A stretch of 64,000 nucleotides of DNA from Callorhinchus milii (taxonomy: Eukaryota): assembly GCF_018977255.1 (NCBI RefSeq), contig NW_024704743.1, positions 21,144,001-21,208,000 on the forward strand. Reading direction: 5' to 3'. Each line of letters begins with the position of its first letter. Within the stretch, counting starts at the first letter, position 1. The position numbers and the translations under genes were made by a program. Shown here in pieces: positions 1-11,495 of this stretch. The notes below the pieces were generated by a model, which was given only the letters and a program-made list of their open reading frames with translations, did not search any database and was not told the origin of the DNA.

Positions 1-23
1 ACCTTCCTCTTTGGCTGTGCCCA

Positions 24-284
24 GTTGCACCCAGAAATTTTCCACAAACTGCAATGAGTTGAAGGAAAAGTTCTATTTTGGTAGCAAGAAACTCCCTTCT
101 CTTTTCAAATAGTGTCATGGGATCTTTAAAGTCCAACTGAACAGGCAGACAGCACATCGCTTTATTGTCTCATCTGAATGATGACACTTCCAACAATGCA
201 ACACCCTCCAGCATTGCAATGGAGTGTCAGTTTAGATTATGTGAGTTCAAGCTCTGACATGAGGCTTCAACCCACAACCTTCAG
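24..284 (-). mobile_element. Deu-domain tRNA SINE (SacSINE1/AmnSINE1-like), degenerate
   Basis: Reverse complement of the Deu core (tgcattgttgga...gatgagac...gtctgcctgttcag...aaagatcccatg) and B-box region (gaaggttgtgggttgaagc); same family as 8105-8530 and 25835-26279. Confidence 0.75.
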
Positions 285-604
285 CACCCAGTCACTCCTT
301 CTGCTTAGTTAATACCAGTCAGCTTCACGTCCCCTGCTAGTTTCAACCCACCATCACTCCGCCAATCCCACCTTTATATAGCCTGCTTTAAAACTTTTTT
401 TTCACTTCCCACCCCCAATTTCTCAGCACTCCCCCTCCCCCCAGCTCAGGCTCCCAGTCAGCTCTGTGAAGTGTTTTGAGGCGTCCCCTGACATCCCGGG
501 CACTATATGAATGCAAAAAAGAAAATTGCTTGCTGTTTCGAATTGACAGCAGAAATTCAAAACCCAGCAGCTGGATTGTTTTTCTGGTGTTTTGGGCAAT
601 TAAA

Positions 605-1050
605 GCTGATCCAAGCTCCATGAGCCTATCACCCCCAACCTCACACTGGCTCCATTGGCTCCCAGCGGATCGAGTTCAAGATCCTGATTCTCACATTCAA
701 ATCCCTCCATGGTCTCACCCCACTGTACGTCTGTTACCTCCTTCAACCACCTGCTTCGATCTGGCTGCTCCCTTCACTCAGCGAAACCAGTGTGCTAAAT
801 ATCCCTCACCCAATCCGCCCCATCATTGACAGGCGGGCTTTCAGCTATTCTGTTCCTATTCTCTGCAACTCCATCCCAGAGTCGCTCCAAATTGCTCTCT
901 CCCCTTGTTGAAGGCTTATCTCTGCCCATGCTTTTGGTCATCTTTTCCCCTCCCCCTCTCACCCCCAGCTAGGGTGCCCAGCCAGTATTGTCAAATGCTT
1001 TGAGACATCCTCCGGACTTGAAAGGCGTAATGCAAATTATATTATAGAAT
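605..1050 (+). mobile_element. L2 LINE 3' fragment, degenerate
   Basis: cactggctcc...ttcaagatcctg...ttcaaatccctccatgg (HWL..RIEFKIL..FKSLHG remnant) followed by an L2-type tail. Confidence 0.75.
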
Positions 1051-1474
1051 AATAATGATCATTTTGATTTGACTTTGGATTGGTTTAGCAAATGAGGATT
1101 GAAACAGTGTGTGAATTGGCAGAGGTTGAGCTCCGTGATGTTCTGTCGCTGAAAGACAGCGTTCGATGTTCCTTCAGCATCACAATGTATTGAACACTGC
1201 TGAATAATTGTTCCTTTTTTCTCAGTGTAATGCAACAAGCAAACTAGTTGTTTCATGTTTTAACTCTTTGCTAATAGCAATCCTGCAATAAAATAGAATT
1301 TACATTTTATATAACACCTTTCATGCTTGTGTAGGGAGGAGTTGGGTAGTCTGGATACATACTTTATATGCTCATCTTTTTCTTGAGATTACCATATAAA
1401 GTATGTGTCCAACATTCCCTACAATTCAGAAATACGATGCACAACTGAAGGGAAAAAATAGCTCTTTTTTTCTA

Positions 1475-1670
1475 ATAATAAACCTTGCATGTATTGCGCA
1501 ATCGTGTAGTTGAAATCTCACAAAATGTTTCACAAGATTTGATGGTGAAGTGATGTGACTGTATACTTGTACGCAAACACAGCAGCCAATTTAATTTGCA
1601 CACAGCAAAACACAAACAGCCATACAGTGAGTGATTAATTTCATCTGGGGATTGTTGACCAGAACCGGCA
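1475..1670 (-). mobile_element. Deu/L2-tail SINE 3' fragment
   Basis: aataataaaccttgcat...cagccaattt...gcacacagca...caaacagcca matches the SINE 3' half. Confidence 0.65.
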
Positions 1671-2659
1671 AGATATCACGACTTTGAAGGCTATGGTTTT
1701 TTTACGCCCTTAGCACTTCTAAGGAGTAGTTGAAATGAAATTGTGCGACAGGAAGATGTTCAGTGCAATCCATCAATGCTCTTTGAATTATCTTCTAAAT
1801 CCCTAATTGAGTGTGGGGGCATTTTGCCAACCTAATGCATTGTTTAATTAAAAAAGTTGAGAATTCAGTGTTGGCTACATTTTGAAGGTACTGAGATTTC
1901 CTATGCCTGGGACATGTCCATCAATCACTGTGACAGTTCATGTCAAGCCCCTCTCTTTGTGAGAAAACCTACGGAGTTCAATGTATTGCTTTTTCTTTTT
2001 GCATCGGCAGTCTACTTTTTGATGGGGCCCATTTCCTTTGTCAGCATTTGAACTCTTCCCCAACTTGACCTGTCAGCATGAGAGAATGATTTCAGTGAAC
2101 CGGTTTACCAGCAGTAAATTTTTCTGGGTAAGGCTGTGTTAATTAGTTTAGTGGCAGATTTGTTCGTCGTACATTGTAGAAGTAGCATTGGCCTGGAGTT
2201 CTGCATTGCACAGTTTGGATGGAGGGAGACTAGCAGAGTATTCATGACAGGTAATCTACTGTTATACACAGTACTTTTTAAAATTCACTTCACCCATTCT
2301 TTTGATTATAAAGATTGCTATATATATAATATAAAACTAAGATCAATTTATGTACAATCTTACAGTTTTCAATTATTTTGATGTTTGTAATAGGACTTAG
2401 TTTACTGAAATGGACGATTAAAAAGTGCGGAAATTTGTCAGCATCTTTTGTGCTTGCTGAGGTCAAGTAGATTCTAAGCTGTGTCAGTCTAAACCCTGGA
2501 TTTTCCTGTGTTGCACTCTGATTTCAAGTGCTTTCAATATCCCCCACCTTCAATTGTAATCCATAGGATCTTTAGGTTTCTAACATCCCAAAATCGTTTC
2601 AACTCTACAAAAACTTTCTAATTCTAAACTAAAATTAAAAATGCAATTTGAAACAAATT

Positions 2660-2885
2660 AATAGAAATTGTTTGGATGTGGGATGCTCTACTATATAAGG
2701 TAGTAGAGGCAGATTCCATTGTGGGTTTCAAGAGGGAAGTAGACAGGTACATGAAAAATAGAGGAGTAAGGGGGTGGGGACTAGGGTAGGGACTAAAAGA
2801 ACAGTATGCTCTCATGTTCAGTGCAGATTAGATGGGCCGAATGCCCTTCTGCGCTTTAACTTTCTGTGATTCTGTATGATTCTAT
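2660..2885 (+). mobile_element. CR1 LINE 3' end
   Basis: gtagaggcagattcc...gatgggccgaatg...ttctgtgattctgtatgattctat, the CR1 3' UTR with (ATTCTRTG)-like tail. Confidence 0.75.
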
Positions 2886-3708
2886 CTTGATTTAAAAAGA
2901 CACATTTTTCTTGGTGGTTGGAAAATATTAGAATTGGTTGCCTGATTTTTGGTCTGTGCTAGGTTCTTTTCAGCAGCAGAATTTGGTTCTACCTCCTAAT
3001 TACTTTGCTTTAATGGCAATTTTTGAAACCAATCGACTCTAAAATGCTAACTTTGAGATTTAATTTGAGTAGTTTTTCAAACCCATGACATTTTTTCCAT
3101 GTATTTTTTTAGTTCAATTTCATACAATGCCAGCAGCAAAGGGACTAAATTGACTGAAAAGCAGTATTGAATCCATTGAATCCACAAACCAGTGACATTA
3201 AAATCACCAGATTTACTACTTGAATAAAATCGCTGGCGCAGACTGGGGCCGTACACAAAAGGAAGCCTGACTTACGTGGTGGTCAGCAACATGGTGAGGT
3301 TAAACGTAATGAAGCTTTTGTTGCTCAAATAAACCAATTTACGCATGTACAGTTCCTTTTTATTACAGTTTTGGGTCAGGTGCAGGAGCCTTGAACCTTA
3401 ACGAAACACAGTTGTGTCCGTGAACCCGTGCAATATTCTACATCTGTAATTTATCTTCTGTAACTGACTGCTTATGTAGAAATATTTGTTCCTCCTCTCT
3501 GTTTCGTACTAGTGTTGGATATTCTCAAATTATTAATACAAAAATGAAGTTTTGTGCATGAGCAATTCCTCAGTCTCCTTTTCCAAACTTAAATTATTTA
3601 AATTTCAGGAGAAAAAATAACCTCCCGTCTTATTTTTGTATTTGGTGGAAATACTCTTACCATATGGGCAAATAGCACTTGTGTGGCAACTGTAGGTATA
3701 TCGGATTA

Positions 3709-4084
3709 GGAGTCCTGTAGCTCAATGGTTCGAGCACTCCATCTCACAAGTGAGAGACCTGGTTTGAATCCTGGTAGAGCAAAATGTTAGGCAAGTTTCC
3801 TTACTCCATACGCCTCTGTATACCTAGCAGTAAGTAGGAACCCGGTTGTTAGTTGATTGGTGGATTGCTTTTCCAGGGGAATAATTCCTTAAAAAAAAAA
3901 AAAAATTGGTCACTTCAATCCACAACTGTTTGTGGGACACTGCTGTGCGCAATCGGCTGCCGGGTTCGCCCACAAAATACAGTCAATGGAGACAATTCAC
4001 TTTACAGTATATTCTGTGAAGCACTTTGAGACATCTCAAAGATATGGTAAGGCGCTATATCAAATGCAAGGATTATTATTATTA
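3709..4084 (+). mobile_element. tRNA-derived SINE, long variant (tRNA head + CORE-like + Deu 3' part + L2 tail)
   Basis: Starts ggagtcctgtagctcaatggtt, contains ggcaagtttccttactccatacgcctctgtatacctagcagtaagtaggaacc, ends caaatgcaaggattattattatta. Confidence 0.85.
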
Positions 4085-4737
4085 GCAAATGGACTTCCTT
4101 TTAGGGGAGGAGCAGAGTGAGTTGTGTGTCCAATGGACATCTTTCAAGGAATTATTAATGGTCGGTGAAGAACAGTAATTGCAGTGGTTGTAAAGCAAGA
4201 GCTTGGTCAGCACAAGGATGTAGGAGAGGACTAGCAACAAAATAAACCCCCCTCTGCAAAAACAATGGGTTTTATATGAAACCATTTAAATTATCCAACG
4301 TCTAGAAGTGCTTAATAATTGGAGCGATTTAATATGAAGCAAAAAGTAGGTTGTCCCTAAATTCCTCCTACATTTTGGAGAAAGTCTTTCAGGAGAGTTT
4401 TGAAAAGGAAGGAAAAAGGTAACAAGGAAAAAGTAATTTTGGAAGAGAGTTGAAACCTCCCACTGGTGGCACAATCAGGACACAACCCAGGAAGTATTTC
4501 TTTACTCAGAGGGTAATGACTTGCACAGGGTAACCAGGAAGGATGGGTAAGGCCAGAACGCTGGATCTTTTTTTAAAATAAAAAAAAGCTTGTTGCTGTG
4601 ATGGGAAGAAGGTAGGGATGGGTATTCTGGAAGGATGAGATCAAATAGGCCAAAAGGCCTTCTTCATCTGAACCAACCTTGTGAATGTAGGTTTGGATGC
4701 AGGACTTGAGAAATTTATTCAGAAAGAGTGGAGAGAC

Positions 4738-5062
4738 TTAATAATAATAATAATCCTTGCACTTGATATAGCGCTTTTCACGTCGGGAGTACGTCCCAAA
4801 GCGCTTCACAGAACACACTGTAAAGTGAATTGACTGTATATTTGTGGGCGAACGCGGCAGCCAATTGCGCACAGCAATGTCCCACAAACAGTCGTGGGTT
4901 GAAAATGACCAATTTATTATCGTTTTTCGTTTTTTGGAGGGATTATTATTAGGTGTGTGGAGTAAGGAAACTTGCCCAAGGTTTCGCCCTGACCTGCCTG
5001 GAATTGAACTCCGGTCTCTCGCTTGCAAAGCGAGTGCTCTAACCACTGAGCTACAGGACTCC
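4738..5062 (-). mobile_element. Young tRNA-Ala-derived SINE, short variant (SINE2-1_CM-like)
   Basis: Full length with A/B boxes and (TAT)n tail; nearly identical to 50662-50983 and 51531-51856. Accounts for ORFs 4738-5199 and 4844-5080. Confidence 0.9.
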
Positions 5063-6599
5063 ACAAAGAGGGTGACTTGAAAAGAGGGTGAGCATCTGAT
5101 TGACATGGAGCAAGTAAAGAGTTGGAAAGGACAGGACCATTGAGAGTGTTTGCTCTTACGAGGAGCAGGACTTGGCACTTTTATTGGGAAACCTTGCATT
5201 ATCTTCCTGCCACATTTACCTGCAAATACACAATCACTACGATTGATGACTATTATATGTGAAGCACTAATGAGACATTTTGGCTTGACTTGATTCTATA
5301 AACAGGCAAGTTCTTTCATTACTGTTATGTTCTGCTACAAGACTCAATGCAGCCTTTATGGCCTCAATTCCAAATCTGTGCTTGCACAAAAGGGAAAGCA
5401 TAAGGGAGGGAGGGTGTGATGTTACAGTACCCATGATGACATCTGTGACTGATACCGATAGTGTGGGTTTTGTTCCTTTCCTAAATCTGTAGTTGTTATC
5501 CACATACTAGCGATTTTCAGTGCAAACTTTAGCATTTTGCCTGCTTCTGCCTCAGCAACACTTTCAGATCAGAGCATAGCTTAGTTTAGCTAATCATAAT
5601 ACAGTAAGCCTGTATGGCATCATCTGTAACCCATCTGAAACCAATAAACTTTAAGTACACAAATGTGTAATCTTAACCATAATGTTTAATTTATTTGATC
5701 ACCCCAAGTTAGGTATTGCCTTTTGCTGTTTAGTTTTAAACTTTTCATGTTATTGGTGTTAGGAAAATGTTTTTGAAGTGTAGAATCTCTTTTTAGCTAA
5801 ACTTGTTTTTGTGGCACCATGTGGTGCATGCTTGTAGCTGTAAAAGCTTCTTTGTGATTGCAATAACCATGGCATTGTTCTTCCAGATGGTTAGAGAGAG
5901 GTCTAAGGGATTAGTGAGATTTGACAGCAGATAATTTGCTGCAAAGATCCAGTTGCACCGTTGTCCTATTGAATCAGGGTTGTGCAGATTCCACTCCCGC
6001 GTGTTTTTTTCTTGCCATTTCTTTCTATATGAGCTATTTTTTTTGCTTGAATTGAGAAATGTATGGGTTTATTTAATGCAAACTCAAGTCCTTGAGTATC
6101 TGATTTTATAGGGTTGTAATGAAAGTAAGACTATTTGTCTGAAAGCATTTATATAGGTCAGGGTTGGCTTTGAATTTTTAACTGGATTTAGAATCCTAGC
6201 ATGTTAATTGCAAAAGCAGGTCATTCAACCCATCAAGTCTTCGTTGCTATTTTTGTCCACATGATCCAATCTAACCTCTCTCATGCTGAATCCCCTAACT
6301 CTTTCATAATTTACTCGCTTCAAGTAGTTAACCAATTCTATGTTAAACGAATTTATGGACTCTAAACCAAAGGTATGTGATGGAGAATTCCAAACACGTA
6401 TGTGGTAAGGAAGTGTTTTCTTATCTCCCCTTCACATTTATTTTGTGATTATATTATTATTTGTGCCATTTGTATTAATATACTCAACCTAATGCTCAAC
6501 TACCATAATATCCTTTGGAGAATTATGTAGCTCTGGGACCCTACCCCGTGAGTGGGGCACTGTATAAATGCAAGTTGATGTTGGTTAGAAGTGATTTCA

Positions 6600-6825
6600 T
6601 AATAATAATTATAATAATTATTGGATTTCGTATAATATCATGTCACTATAACATCTCAAAGTTCATCTCAGGATATTTACTGTGAAGTGTAGTGATTGTG
6701 TGTTTATAGGCAGCCAATTTGTACACAGCAATGTCCCACTAACAGTCATCAAGTGAATGACCAATTTTATCTGTGATTTATTGACTACTACACTGGGAGA
6801 ATTCCACTTTACTTTTTGAATACCT
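6600..6825 (-). mobile_element. Deu/L2-tail SINE fragment
   Basis: (AAT)n tail, catctcaaag..., ggcagccaatttgtacacagcaatgtccca, gaatgaccaatttt. Confidence 0.65.
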
Positions 6826-7574
6826 GTCTACTGGGTCACCCATGTATGAAAATATTTTTTCTTCTACCTTGTGTGTAAGATAGGCTGAGAGCTGCTGGTG
6901 ATGGAAAAGAAGGTTGATGTAAATAACTAGAAATTCCTGAACTTATCCAGTACTCGGCCTCAGTGAGTAGCTGAGCCATATAACGGAAGGTCTTTGGTTC
7001 GATAAATAATAATTTATCAATATAATGACTTGTATATATCAACCTCATTATAGTCAAACTATTTTAACAGACACAACAATATTCATGTGAGATATACAGA
7101 AGACACCGATGCTTGTATCTTGTGTAAAATAGATTCAGATGGATGAAATTTTAGTACTTACTTATTTTACAGTGTGAGCAAAGTAATTGACACGGAAATA
7201 AATCTTAAATTTGAATGCTTTAATTCCAAACATTAGACACTCATTTTTGTAATGAGAGTTTAATGTTTACAGAAAATGCAGATAAAAAGCTGTCAAGCAG
7301 CGAGCAAATGAACCTTTCTTTAGTGCAGATACCATTATTAATGTATATAATCATTGCCAGTGTGGAATGTCAGTGTTTTGTTTCAGAAGTTAATGCAGTT
7401 TGACTTTGAGGGCATAATAGGGCAGTTGCATAATATTCTTGAATTCTATGTGACACATAAATGTTTTTGCATAAAATCATGGGTATTCAAATCGTAATGA
7501 CATTTCTGGCTGTCTACTTGGAAAGCAGAGACAGACTTGGCTGTTTCACCATTATTTCCACGGTCACGGTCATT

Positions 7575-7692
7575 ATTTCCTTTGGTTACCTTCTTCCCCC
7601 TCCCCCTGGATCGGCCCCGGGATCCGTTATTGTGAAGCTCTCTGAGAAGCCGTCTGGCGTGGAGGGCGCTATATAAATCCAAGTTGTTGTTG
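7575..7692 (+). mobile_element. L2 LINE extreme 3' tail (subfamily A)
   Basis: gggatccgttattgtgaagctctctgagaagccgtctggcgtggagggcgctatataaatccaagttgttgttg, nearly identical to the end of 39413-40268. Confidence 0.8.
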
Positions 7693-7959
7693 ATTAATTT
7701 CATCATCAACTTTGAATAAAATGAGTTGCTGAACCTGTGAATCTTATAATAGAAATAATTTTCTACCCTACTCTTGTGCTCAGTAAACTCTGGCATACTG
7801 CGGGACCCTCACCCTCTCAGTGCCACCATATGTGGTCAAGCTTTCAGTTTCTACACCCTAACCTCTGTAACCCCCTCCGTCTACCCATCTAGTTTGCCTC
7901 CACTTGATCTGCCTTTAAGTCTCACCTTAAAATCTACCTCTTCGAATGCATCTATATAA

Positions 7960-8105
7960 TAATAGAGGGATTAGGGGATATGGGGATAGGGCAGGTAATT
8001 AGAGTTAGGTCAGAAGATCAGCCATAATCTTATCGAATGGCGGGGCAGCCTTGAGGGGCCGAATGGCCTACTCCTGCTCCTAATTCTTATGTTCTTATGA
8101 TCTTA
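7960..8105 (+). mobile_element. CR1 (HER1-type) LINE 3' end
   Basis: gatcagccataatcttatcgaatggcggggcag...gaggggccgaatggcctactcctgctcctaattcttatgttcttatg. Confidence 0.85.
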
Positions 8106-8530
8106 TAATCCTTGCGTTTGATAAAGTGCCTTATCACGTTATCGAGTTGTCTCAAAGTGCTTCACAGGATATACTGTGTGACTTGTTTGTTTGGTCAGCG
8201 AAACACAACTGCCAGTTTGCGCACAGAAAGTCCCACAACAGCCATGAAGTGAATGACCAATATTATTTGGGGGATTATTAGCCAGGACACCGGGAGAAAC
8301 TTCCTTCTCTTTTCAAATAGTGTTGTGGGATCTTGTCATCCATCTGAACAGGCAGACAGGACCTCAATTTAACGTCTCATCCAAAGGACAGCACCTCTAA
8401 CAATGCAACACCCCCCAGCACTGCAATGGAGTGTCAGCTTGGACTAAATGATTCCAAGTCTTGACGTGGGGCTTCAATCCACAAGTTTCTGACTCAGAGG
8501 CGAGAAGGCTATCACTGCGCCAGGCTGACA
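8105..8530 (-). mobile_element. Full-length SacSINE1-like Deu SINE
   Basis: Contains tail, Deu core and tRNA head (ccacaagtttctgactcagaggcgag...); joined tail-to-tail with the preceding CR1. Confidence 0.85.
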
Positions 8531-9109
8531 CACAACAGCAATAATAATAATCCCTACATTTGTGTGTGGTTTGTTTCCTATAAACTTATTACTTTCAATC
8601 ACCTTCCCGCTTCCCCCAAATCAGGGCCCCAGTCGGCTATGTGAAATGCACTGAATGTAAATTGTTGTTGATCTAACAATTTCTTGGTAATGCTTAGCTA
8701 CTATCAGACAATGAGACAAATTTAAGAGACTGTGCATCACTGCACTAAGAATGAACATCTTTGAATAAATAACATCAATTTCCAAATATAGCACCTATCT
8801 ATCTATGGATGTGTGCAATGAGTTCTTATTTAAAATATCATTATTTTGACTGAATACAGGGGACGTCTTGTCATTTATAAAGGATATGTATTACTAGGAT
8901 ATTAAGTGGTGCATTTTTATACTGCTTCTGACTGTTTACAATTTATTACATGCAATCCAATTTGGCTGCATCAATGGCCAATATTTATTTATGGAAACTA
9001 AATTACATTTCAGTGGTTGCCAAGAACAAATGTCAGTTCTTTGAGAGATTTCAAGTTACTGCAAAACACATTTATATGACGTCATGCATCACATCAACTG
9101 TGATACTTG

Positions 9110-9563
9110 TGGAGTTCTGTAGCGTATTGGCTAGAGTACTCGCCTCACAAGCGAGAGGACCTGGGTTTGATTCCCGGGCAGGGCAAAACGTTAGACAAGT
9201 TTCTTTACTTGACACGCCTCTGTTACCGAGCAATAAGTAAGAACCCAATTGTTAGTCGATTGGCTCGATACTCAAAAATATTAATAATAATTTGGTCACT
9301 CAATCCACAACTGATTGTGGGACATTGCAGTGTGCAATTGGCTGCCCAGTTTTGCCCACAAAATATAAACGCAATTCACTTTACAGTTTTGATGAAAGGT
9401 CATGGATCTGAAACGTTAGCTCACTTTCCTCTATCCATAGATGCTGCCTGACCTGCTGAATGTTTGCAGTGACTTCTATTTTTATTTCACTTTGCAGTAT
9501 ATTCTGTAAAGCACGTTCTCAAAGATGTGATAAGGTGCTATATCAAATGCAAGGATTATTATA
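9110..9563 (+). mobile_element. tRNA SINE long variant, interrupted at 9388-9485
   Basis: ggagttctgtagcgtattggctagag... to caaatgcaaggattattat, with a foreign ~98-bp insert. Confidence 0.85.
9388..9485 (+). mobile_element. Penelope-like element terminal-repeat fragment with degenerate minimal hammerhead ribozyme
   Basis: ttgatgaaaggtcatggatctgaaacgttag...atagatgctgcctgacctgctga...ttctatttttattt, flanked by a 13-bp duplication ttcacttt(a/g)cagt (9375-9387 and 9486-9498). Confidence 0.7.
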
Positions 9564-10363
9564 ATACTTCAATATAATATATGCAGGTCTCCTTGTATCT
9601 TTGTATTCCTCTACAAAAAGGTGTAAAGTAACCTTTTTTCGAATTTAATAGTGTTTGAGTATCATTTAATGAACTTTATTAAAAGCACGATCCCGTTGAC
9701 TGAGTCAGTTGAAAGCCATGATAAGTGGGCCAGAAGGCAAATGGAAAAACCGGAGAACTGAGCCCTTAGCAACATCCCATATTAAGAGTCAGGATGATAA
9801 ACCCATCAACAACAGTAAAGAAGTGCCTCTGACAGTCCAGTGGATAAATCACTGCCATATCACCCAGCATCAAGGTGCAACAGCAACTTGCATTAGATTG
9901 TGCCTTTCATGCAGTGGGGGAGCGAGGGGAGAAAGCATTACAAACCATCTCGGACCACGTGGCACCAAACCATACAGGCTGGAGAGTTGGTGGTTCTTTT
10001 CAATAAGGTTGTTCTGCAGCTCTGATAGTAGACTTCCAGAAATTATCAACAGAAATAAATTTGGCTCTGGGTTATTCCAACTGACTGAATGACAGGCCGA
10101 GTGTTTACAGGCGACAGCAGAACAGCAGGTACCATTGAACAGAGATACAGTGTTCAATGTGACAGCCGGGAAAGAGTGAGATTTGAACCCTTCCGTGCTA
10201 GTTAGAAAAACCTTGGTTACCTCAGTCAAGCCGACAAAAGGATCAGAGGAGAAGGAACTGTATTTGAACCAGGGAGAATCAGCCAAGAATTCTCTGAGAC
10301 TCTCCCGAGTTTGCCAACCTGCACCTAAAAAATCGGACATTTGGGGATTTGCCCCGATTTACT

Positions 10364-10530
10364 AATCCTTGCATTTGATATAGCGCCTTATCAAACTGTT
10401 CAAAATGTCTCACAGCATTTCACAGAGTTTTACTGTAAAGTGTAGTCAATGTGAATTTGTAGGCAAAAGTGGAAGCCAATTTATGCCCAGCAGTATCCCA
10501 CAAACAGCCATGAAGTGAATTACCAATTTT
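10364..10530 (-). mobile_element. Deu/L2-tail SINE 3' fragment
   Basis: aatccttgcatttgatatagcgcc...gccaatt...cccacaaacagccatgaagtgaat. Confidence 0.75.
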
Positions 10531-11333
10531 ATCCGCCAGGCAAACAACTTTGGTGTTTACAAGGAAGTCTTTGAGTTGTTTTTGCATTACTTTCCCTTCA
10601 CACATATGGCAGAGCCCACTTTTTTGAACTTGCTTTTCAGCTAGGGCCTTTCTACTCTTACAGATCAAAATGATTCGTCAGTACAGTATCTCATCAACTG
10701 TTTCCAATTGTTAATAAACTGCCCGTAAGCATTGGTAAGCAGCAGTCTATACATGTGGTTCAGTCCACTTGAGCAGAACTCTCTGCCCCACTGCTCAAAA
10801 TGCAGTTGCATAGCCTGATCACATTGCTGGCTTGCTTCACTGCTCAAGTCCTGTCATCTCTGCCCAGACAGGTGTGTTGCAACAGCATCAGATTAGTGTG
10901 ATCCACGTTAATGTTGTGACTGCCAATTGTACCACACTAATAAAAAACCTTAGTACATGCACTGAGATTAGTATTCTTACTATGATTCTCTGTATTCAAG
11001 GCAAAATCATTCAATTAATATTCCACTGTTTTATTACAAGATGGTTAAAATATACAGTATAACAGTCAGAATGAATAAGTAAGCATTTGGATTGTAGCAC
11101 ATTAAGGATTTCTGGAGCTCTGTTTGTCAATGATAAAGATGCTTGGCATATTGATCCTGTTGCTCTGGTTACTTAATTTGAGTTTCTCTGAATGTTTCCA
11201 TTACATTGAGAAACTTTTTCTCTATCTGTCAAGTCTTTCAGAATTGCTTTCAGTTTGGTCTCAGGATAATGCATCACAGAGGACATTTATTTTTAACAGC
11301 TTTTGCTTTTCCCATCGGGTTTAAAAAGTAAAA

Positions 11334-11383
11334 TCTCTCTCTCTCACACACACATTTTCACACACACACACACACACACACAC
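11334..11383. repeat. (TC)n(CA)n microsatellite
   Basis: Read directly from the sequence. Confidence 0.95.
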
Positions 11384-11495
11384 CTCCTGGAGGCACTAAC
11401 TCATGCTGAAGTGCTGGTCATGTTACAGTATCTCACCCAAAGCAGTTATTCTTCACGTTTGAGCTGAACCCATGAGAGGAGTCGGGATGTTAATC
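11384..11495 (-). mobile_element. AmnSINE2-like SINE 3' fragment
   Basis: ctcctggaggcactaactcatgctg...tctcacccaaagcagttattcttcacgtttgagc; homologous to 42840-43185 and 50990-51120. Confidence 0.5.

Noticed and set aside
10311..10326. 16-mer ttgccaacctgcacct matching the reverse complement of unidentified repeat copy C
   Set aside because: Similarity does not extend on either side; one such match is compatible with chance in 64 kb.
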